Part shown: positions 60,901-64,000 of the stretch, in pieces
Position numbering within the stretch: the first letter of the stretch is position 1
Layout of the letters: each line of letters begins with the position of its first letter
Assembly: GCF_018350175.1 (NCBI RefSeq)
Contig: NC_058368.1
Span: forward strand, 7,812,001 to 7,876,000
Origin: Felis catus
Lineage: Eukaryota
Reading direction: 5' to 3'
DNA length: 64,000 nt
The notes under the pieces: generated by a model
What the model was told of the DNA's origin: nothing
The model's database searches: none
Seen by the model: only the letters and a program-made list of their open reading frames with translations
Position numbers and translations under genes: made by a program

Positions 60901-62012
60901 TTCATAATAGCAAAGCTGTAGAGAAAGAGACATGTTTACAGTTTCTTCCATTGGCTCTTAAAATTTCCCAGAGAAATCATCAACGCTTAAAAGTGAGGTT
61001 GACTTGATGAAAAAAGTCTTTTCAAATTGTATACACTTCTGTGACGGCAGCAGCGATAGCTATGTGCTTGTGTGTCGTGTTTGTTTTTTTAAATTGCATA
61101 ATTTGAGGGGCGCTTGGGTGGCTCAGTCGGTTGAGTATGCGACTCCGGCTCAGGTCATGATCTCGCCACGGCTTGTGAGTGAGTTCAAGCCCCGTGTCGG
61201 GCTCTGTGCTGGCAGCCTGGAGCCTGCTTCCGGTTCTGTGTCCTTTTCTCACTTTGCCCTTCCCCTGCTCATGCGCGCACGCGCTCTCTCCCTCTCTCTC
61301 TCAAGAATAAATAAAACATTTTTTAAAAATTAAAAAAAAAATTAAATTGCACATTTGGCATTCAGGTGATTCTTTATTTTCGCTAGGTATTTGTTGACTG
61401 ACCAAAACAGGATGCGAAGTGTAAATGACATCATGCCCATGATTGGTGCTCGATTTTATACTCAGTTGGATGCTGCTCAAATGAGAAATGATGTCATAGA
61501 GGAAGACCTTGCAAAGGTAAAGAGTTAAAAAAAAGATATATACAATGACATCTGTATGTGCAAAGAGTTAGAAAACAGTAATTTTTGTGCCGAATTGGCT
61601 AGGACTGTTTACAGATATTTTTTAACTTAAAAAAAATTTTTTTTTAATTTCTTATGTCCTCTGGGCATTTGTGTTCTGCTTTTTGTTTGTGGCTTTGCTC
61701 CAGTTAATTGACAGAATCTTGATTTTTTTTTTTTCCCATGTAACTTTAACCATTCTTAAAAATGGCCAGCTGCATGATCATCTTGAGTATTAATATTGAA
61801 TGAAATGGACATGTTACATTCAAAATGATTACCAAAAGGTGGGGATATTAGGATTTACGGTTTAAAGGTAATATTGGTGTAGGATACCAGGTTCATAAAA
61901 TTTTGCTGGAATATTAACATTCTCTCTCTTTTTAAAATGTCTTATAGGAGGTTCAAAATGGAAGACTGTTTAGGCTTCTAGCAAAATTGGGAACAATCAA
62001 TGAGAGGCCGGA
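272..62012 (+). CDS. PAN3: PAN3 partial spliced CDS (12 exons in window), PAN2-PAN3 deadenylation complex subunit
   Basis: Exons joined at canonical GT-AG sites give one stop-free frame: [14 protein letters not shown]...[14 protein letters not shown]...[10 protein letters not shown]...[17 protein letters not shown]...[10 protein letters not shown]...[22 protein letters not shown] recognise this as vertebrate PAN3. Confidence 0.98.
6450..6710. promoter_or_regulatory. Candidate intronic enhancer or alternative promoter (NF-kB, ETS, E-box and G-run cluster)
   Basis: GGGGAATCCC 6573-6582, GGGAATTTCA 6454-6463, ACTTCCTGT 6624-6632, CAGCTG ~6512, G-runs 6671-6701, all in a GC-richer patch within AT-rich intron. 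Confidence 0.45.
8962..9152. mobile_element. MER5A-like hAT-Charlie MITE
   Basis: Terminal inverted ends agtggttctcaaa...tttgagaaccact and internal cctcagagtttctgac motif. Confidence 0.75.
9183..9405 (-). mobile_element. Can-SINE (SINEC) with expanded (GA)n, no poly-A tail visible
   Basis: Reverse complement of ggggcgcctgggtggctcagtc head ends at 9405; (GA)n 9226-9282. Confidence 0.9.
9526..9773 (+). mobile_element. Can-SINE with internal 27-bp tandem duplication
   Basis: ggggcgcctgggtggttcag head, CT-rich region, A tail. Confidence 0.93.
11375..11581 (+). mobile_element. Can-SINE
   Basis: tRNA-derived head, ctctgtgctgacagctcagagcctgg body, aataaataaa plus A tail. Confidence 0.93.
12160..12394 (+). 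mobile_element. Can-SINE (older, diverged)
   Basis: Degenerate head ggctgcctgatggctcagt, CT-rich region, A tail, short aaatcta TSD. Confidence 0.88.
12494..12718 (+). mobile_element. Can-SINE
   Basis: ggggcacccgggtggctcag head; A tail; aagaatcag-like TSD. Confidence 0.92.
13013..13061. repeat. (CT)n-(T)n microsatellite
   Basis: Read directly. Confidence 0.95.
13329..13383. repeat. (TG)n microsatellite, about 27 units
   Basis: Read directly. Confidence 0.97.
14690..15320 (+). mobile_element. L2 (LINE-2) 3' remnant
   Basis: Resembles L2 3' region: ccaggccatcacc..., aataaaatcccagctccttactatggc, ctttgcatatgttgcttcctc, aaactcccttgtggcagg; boundaries approximate. Confidence 0.65.
16186..16393 (-). 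mobile_element. Can-SINE with TSD
   Basis: TSD gagatgggttt at 16175-16185 and 16395-16405. Confidence 0.94.
16850..17064 (+). mobile_element. Young felid Can-SINE (SINEC_Fc-like)
   Basis: ggcgcagtcggttaagcgtccgacttc head with CpGs intact; perfect flanking repeat ttttaaactactatcattag at 16831-16850 and 17065-17084. Confidence 0.96.
17278..17380 (+). mobile_element. Short tRNA-derived carnivore SINE
   Basis: A-box and B-box (gttcgagccc), gtgtagagattac tail; TSD aaaattg/actaggcaag. Confidence 0.85.
17847..18093 (-). mobile_element. Can-SINE
   Basis: T-rich tail, (GA)n, reverse-complement head ending at 18093; degenerate TSD tccag(a/g)gtctgg. Confidence 0.93.
18231..18448. repeat. AT-rich low-complexity tract followed by (TG)n (18405-18448)
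   Basis: Read directly. Confidence 0.9.
19746..19856. repeat. Compound (CT/CTGT)n-(CA)n microsatellite
   Basis: Read directly. Confidence 0.95.
21730..21850. mobile_element. Possible MER104/Kanga (Tc2) DNA transposon end
   Basis: taccatatttccctggattctaagatgc resembles a recalled Tc2-type terminal repeat; weak match. Confidence 0.3.
22952..23183 (+). mobile_element. Young felid Can-SINE (SINEC_Fc-like)
   Basis: Perfect 14-bp TSD aaagagttgaatca at 22938-22951 and 23184-23197; CpG-rich intact body. Confidence 0.96.
24008..24557 (+). mobile_element. MER68-like solo LTR (ERVL)
   Basis: Starts TGTGCAGAAGTGAGTTACCATAGCAGGC...GACTGCTATCCTTA, has internal TTTCCTTCTGGGAGTTTGGAATT, ends GGGGGTGGTCCTGGGGACCCCCAGTCA; TG...CA termini; family assigned from recalled consensus. 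Confidence 0.8.
26208..26419 (+). mobile_element. Can-SINE
   Basis: ggggctcctgggtggctcagtcggttaag head; aataaataaatg plus A tail. Confidence 0.94.
26455..28330 (-). mobile_element. Ancient L1M remnant interrupted by the young L1
   Basis: L1-like T-rich text on both sides of the TSD (gcaaataatgatagttttatctcttcc | ttgcattggctaaggc...aaggaatgtttctaatgttttc). Confidence 0.6.
26761..28196 (-). mobile_element. 5'-truncated felid/carnivore L1 (ORF2 C-terminus plus 3' UTR) with TSD
   Basis: ORFs 27214..27798 and 27902..28228 translate to L1 ORF2 C-terminal sequence ([35 protein letters not shown]) with frameshifts; TSD tcctttgcagtctttttt at 26743-26760 and 28197-28214. Confidence 0.96.
30519..30727 (-). 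mobile_element. Can-SINE inserted in L1
   Basis: Reverse-complement SINE body (gagagaatcccaagcaggctcc) interrupting L1 text. Confidence 0.92.
31522..31708 (+). mobile_element. Can-SINE with TSD
   Basis: TSD atatgaccattcattt on both sides. Confidence 0.94.
34545..34810 (+). mobile_element. MIR (near full length)
   Basis: aagagcacaggcttt..., core acctacctcacagggttgttgtgagg, tail cagtgctcaagaattggtagct. Confidence 0.85.
36779..37026 (+). CDS. PAN3: PAN3 exon (~exon 7), 248 nt
   Basis: tcttcttcag|GAATG...GGAATG|gtaggt; (G)[32 protein letters not shown]...TPAPLTGM; lies inside ORF 36745..37173. Confidence 0.97.
37108..37131. repeat. Poly-C run (24 nt)
   Basis: Read directly. Confidence 0.9.
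39461..39565 (+). CDS. PAN3: PAN3 exon (~exon 8), 105 nt
   Basis: gcctttttag|GTATTT...CGACAG|gtaggc; [35 protein letters not shown]. Confidence 0.97.
39979..40200 (+). mobile_element. Can-SINE with TSD
   Basis: TSD agagcttaatatt at 39966-39978 and 40205-40217. Confidence 0.94.
40650..40707 (+). CDS. PAN3: PAN3 exon (~exon 9), 58 nt
   Basis: ttttcttag|GAGCTG...ATGCCAG|gtaaaa; [19 protein letters not shown]. Confidence 0.96.
41020..41240 (-). mobile_element. MIR
   Basis: ttacatatgaggaaaactgaggtt...aagtaatttgcc...caggatttaaagctagg core. Confidence 0.75.
41910..42123 (-). mobile_element. Can-SINE with TSD
   Basis: TSD aaaatattatat flanking; reverse-complement head. Confidence 0.94.
42280..42540. 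mobile_element. MER21-like LTR fragment
   Basis: aagactactcccatttcagatgcc, taatttgctagag and acagccaaatggaagaaatgcccagggcaaag resemble recalled MER21 consensus. Confidence 0.6.
43784..43983. mobile_element. MER20 (hAT-Charlie)
   Basis: cagtgcttct...catttggtcgtgtctgga...ttttggttgtcacagctgg...gccaaggttgagaaacc. Confidence 0.8.
45181..45372. mobile_element. MER5-like MITE
   Basis: agtgcttctcagaatgtggtcc...cagcagcatc...gcaaattctcgggccc...aagtttaagaaccagtg. Confidence 0.75.
45460..45614. repeat. 30-bp perfect direct repeat flanking a 95-nt self-similar patchwork
   Basis: tgtcttgataagaacctgtatttcattaat at 45460-45489 and 45585-45614. Confidence 0.9.
46547..46765 (+). mobile_element. Can-SINE
   Basis: ggggcacctgggtggctcgg head; (aaat)n plus A tail. 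Confidence 0.93.
46815..47032 (-). mobile_element. Can-SINE
   Basis: Poly-T tail, reverse-complement body and head. Confidence 0.93.
47539..47676 (+). mobile_element. Short carnivore SINE
   Basis: ggggcgcctgggtggctcagtc head, B-box gttcaagccc, A tail, no CT region. Confidence 0.88.
47902..48063 (+). CDS. PAN3: PAN3 exon (~exon 10), 162 nt, start of pseudokinase domain
   Basis: ttactctag|CAGTCC...ATACACG|gtacgg; (A)[53 protein letters not shown]. Confidence 0.96.
48297..48413 (+). CDS. PAN3: PAN3 exon (~exon 11), 117 nt
   Basis: ccttttatag|GTTTTC...GAGCCTT|gtgagt; (G)[38 protein letters not shown]. Confidence 0.97.
48504..48605 (+). CDS. PAN3: PAN3 exon (~exon 12), 102 nt, after a 90-nt intron
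   Basis: ttattttaag|CGCTTG...AAGTGGG|gtaaga; (S)[33 protein letters not shown]. Confidence 0.97.
48915..49121 (+). mobile_element. Can-SINE with TSD
   Basis: TSD aaaactacaa(g/a)gctttctg. Confidence 0.94.
49220..49459 (-). mobile_element. Young felid Can-SINE (SINEC_Fc-like)
   Basis: Perfect 17-bp TSD tcttggtatatttcttt at 49203-49219 and 49460-49476; long T tail. Confidence 0.96.
50420..50635. mobile_element. MER20
   Basis: gggtttctcaacctcagccctgttgacat...ggataattatttttgtggggg...ttgccaaatg...gttgagaacca. Confidence 0.85.
51031..51245 (+). mobile_element. Can-SINE
   Basis: ctgggtggctcg head, ggctcaggtcatgatc, CT region, A tail. Confidence 0.92.
51778..51990 (+). mobile_element. Can-SINE with expanded (CT)n
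   Basis: ggggcacctggctggcttagtcgg head; (CT/CTGT)n 51908-51979. Confidence 0.9.
52641..52806 (+). CDS. PAN3: PAN3 exon (~exon 13), 166 nt
   Basis: tgctgtatag|GTCAAC...AACAAG|gtacca; (G)[54 protein letters not shown](R). Confidence 0.97.
53097..53284. mobile_element. MER5A-like MITE
   Basis: gtggttctc...cctggagggctcattaa...cccagagtt...cctgagaatttatatttc...tttgaggaccactg. Confidence 0.75.
53380..53880 (+). mobile_element. MIR/MIR3 remnants (two)
   Basis: gattattgagaggattaaatga...atgtaaaa; tctgtgagccttaatttcctcatctctaaaatgg; boundaries approximate. Confidence 0.65.
53950..54040 (+). CDS. PAN3: PAN3 exon (~exon 14), 91 nt
   Basis: tctttaaag|GTTGCG...TACCAG|gtgagt; [30 protein letters not shown]. 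Confidence 0.97.
55214..55233 (-). promoter_or_regulatory. CTCF-binding motif
   Basis: Minus strand reads CCGCCCACTAGATGGCGCTA, matching the core consensus CCASYAGRKGGCRS at every position, inside a CpG-containing GC patch. Confidence 0.75.
57297..57485. mobile_element. MER5A-like MITE
   Basis: cagtggttctc...tcagaa...gctttgaaaaacactaatacct...aagctcctcaggtgattttaatgt. Confidence 0.7.
57795..57863. repeat. (GAAA/GAAAA)n purine repeat
   Basis: Read directly. Confidence 0.9.
58255..58398. mobile_element. MER5-like fragment
   Basis: atcagaattacctgggtgcttt...cccccagacttaccgaatgagaatctctgg...aagctcccc...ggtgactctga. Confidence 0.6.
58516..58655 (+). CDS. PAN3: PAN3 exon (~exon 15), 140 nt
   Basis: ttcatgtcag|CAAGCA...GATTCT|gtaagt; [46 protein letters not shown](L). 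Confidence 0.97.
58940..59075. mobile_element. MER3-like fragment
   Basis: gcactggccacatttcaagagctcaaaagcttcatgtggct...cagaaaattctgtcagacagtgctgctctag. Confidence 0.65.
59960..60090 (-). mobile_element. MIR
   Basis: ccattttagagatgacagaactgaggcttagagaggtaaagtaacttgccaaagtcaca core. Confidence 0.85.
60160..60350 (-). mobile_element. L2 3' end remnant
   Basis: ttatttaacaaa...cctatcctgtgccagacc...tggagcttccaccctaatgggg. Confidence 0.6.
60639..60730 (-). mobile_element. Can-SINE 5' half only
   Basis: Reverse-complement tRNA-derived head; no CT region or tail. Confidence 0.85.
61107..61342 (+). mobile_element. Can-SINE just upstream of a PAN3 acceptor
   Basis: Degenerate TSD taaattgcataatttg (61090-61105) / taaattgcacatttg (61343-61357). 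Confidence 0.94.
61387..61516 (+). CDS. PAN3: PAN3 exon (~exon 16), 130 nt
   Basis: ttttcgctag|GTATTT...GCAAAG|gtaaag; [43 protein letters not shown]. Confidence 0.97.
61948..62012 (+). CDS. PAN3: PAN3 exon (~exon 17), 65 nt
   Basis: tgtcttatag|GAGGTT...CCGGA|gtaagg; [21 protein letters not shown](E); the next exon is not seen in the window. Confidence 0.96.
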
Positions 62013-62962
62013 GTAAGGATTTACAGTATTTTACAATATGATTTCAACCATATGCACTAACAAGAATGAGTATACCTGATTCTTACTGGTTTTATTTGGA
62101 AAGAGAAAAATTCTCATGTGAAGTGACCTTAAGCCTGTTGGTAGCCATTAGGATGCCGTTTTTTAACTACAGCCTAGATGTGGTTGTTCTTAGGGATTCC
62201 ACACACACATACCCATACAGAAAAGAGACTGTTAGAAAGCTCCATTGTGGTTTATGCATGAGGGAACATTTTATGACTGTCAGTACTGCCTCTACCCTGT
62301 CTCCTTTTTGAAGCTTGCTCAGTTCAGTTTACCTTAGTCAGATTAGAGATTTCAGACATGTCTAATTGTTGCATGCCCCTTATCTTCCATTTAAGAACAT
62401 CACATAAACAATACATACAGCTGTCATATCGGTGACACTGGAAAGGCCTTGCCACCCTTCATTATTTGTCATTTAGTTCTGCCTCATTTGTAAGTTAAAG
62501 TTTATCGTACGTTCAAGAAAGGAGAGTTGACGTCTGTACTAAATAGTAACTGTCAAAGACAGGTTGAACAGTATTATAGCTACTTTCACTGTAGTATAAG
62601 TTCTGTTTCAGGAATGTTACCTCTGTTGATAGAGATAGGTGACACATAAATACCGCTTGAGGGATTTTGTTTTTGACGACAAAATTCATATTCACTTACC
62701 TTTCTTCACAGTTACAAAACTCAATTTGTATTTTCCCTGATAATGTTTCTAAGTGAAGAGAAGATGACAACAACAACAAAAAACCCCCCAAAAACCCTTC
62801 AAGTTGTTTCTTCTGGCATTTTTCTCTTTATTTAAAAATAATATGCTTATGATACTATTGCTTGATTTTTTTTTTTTTTTAAGTATTTAACTCAGCTAAT
62901 GACTTTGTCCTGTGTAGGATGAGGCTTTATCTTTCATACCCCCTTTCCTTAACCAAACATGC

Positions 62963-62990
62963 ACACTCACTCACTCACTCACTCACTCAC
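62963..62990. repeat. (CACT)n tetranucleotide repeat
   Basis: Read directly. Confidence 0.85.
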
Positions 62991-64000
62991 ATTCTACCAT
63001 TGAACCCATAAGTTTTGAGTTAAAAGTGTTGACATTAGTCTAACGGGGTAAATACTGTTCATAGCTGCACCACAGAGTAAACCATGACTATATTTCCTTT
63101 CTTTTGTATTTTGTTTTTTGATTTTTGTTTTCCTCGGGCTAATAATTGCCTTATTATAGAACTCTAATAAGCAAATGAAAAAATATTGACCACCACTTTA
63201 TTCCAGACTTTTTGCCCGAGTTACGAAACACCTTCCCATATGGTCAAAAATAGGTAACCTATCAGTTCCTTTTTTTTCTCCCCCTTAGAGAAATTGCCCC
63301 CGGAGCCTCTGTCCTTCTGTTCCTATCTGGGCTGGTTGAGCTCTAAGCCTGCTCACACTCACACTTTAGAACTGGAGCTTCCCTTCACTATTATCCTGGG
63401 AATTCTCATTGTCTCTCCCTTTGTGTTGGATACCCTGTTTCTTGCTTTTTTCCTTGATTTATTCTTTTGATCTATTGGAGCACATCCTCCTGTAGCTTCC
63501 TGAGAAGCTTTTTTGAGTCTTTGTAAGTCTGAAAATATCTTTATTCTATTTTTACACTTATTGACAATATAACTGGGTATAAAATTCTAGACTGTCCTTG
63601 GAAAATTCTTTTTATTAATTTTGAATAGGTTAATATGAACCAGTTTTTTAAAACGTAGAAAAGGGTTTGCAGTGGGAAAAAATCTCTCATACCTGTAACA
63701 TCCCCAGTCTCTCCCTTTTCTCCCACTAATCTTTATTTTATATTCTTCCTGAGTTACAATGATACATTCTTAATTCCTTTCATCCCCTCCTCACTTTTTA
63801 ATATATACAAATTGTAAACCATGCAGTGTTCTGTATGTTCCTTTTTCTTTATTAACTATATTTTGGAAATCTTTTTGTTTAGGTATGTTTAGTGTATACC
63901 AAACACTATTCTCAATAGTTTACAAATATGTCCCAACTCAATCCTCGTAACTACCTTGTGATACAGGTACTATTAGTCTTCTCGATTAACAGAGATGTGT

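Noticed and set aside
61945..61950. TAG-GAG tandem acceptors (here and at 40647-40652)
   Set aside because: A distal GAG is rarely used as an acceptor, so alternative usage is unlikely.

Overview
Mammalian genomic DNA from a carnivore, almost certainly a felid, judging by young Felidae-type Can-SINEs and a felid-type L1 3' end. The whole window lies inside the PAN3 gene (PAN2-PAN3 deadenylase regulatory subunit) on the + strand. I resolved 12 coding exons to the base, all with GT-AG boundaries and one continuous frame (1532 nt, about 510 codons). They correspond to human exons ~6-17 (numbering recalled, not verified) and encode the PAM2 motif, linker, pseudokinase and start of the C-terminal domain. 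The gene's 5' and 3' ends are outside the window. The introns, including a 36-kb one (420-36778), hold many Can-SINEs, nested L1s, MIR/L2, MER5/MER20, a MER68 solo LTR and microsatellites. Nearly all ORF-track entries are repeat-derived or noise. I see no novel protein-coding system. The best leads are non-coding: a strong candidate recursive-splice site next to a dense NF-kB/ETS/G4 element; two candidate poison exons; near-identical inverted SINEs bracketing phase-matched exon blocks (possible stop-less circRNAs); a near-perfect CTCF site; and two templated-insertion-like patchworks. All functional claims are hypotheses from sequence alone.
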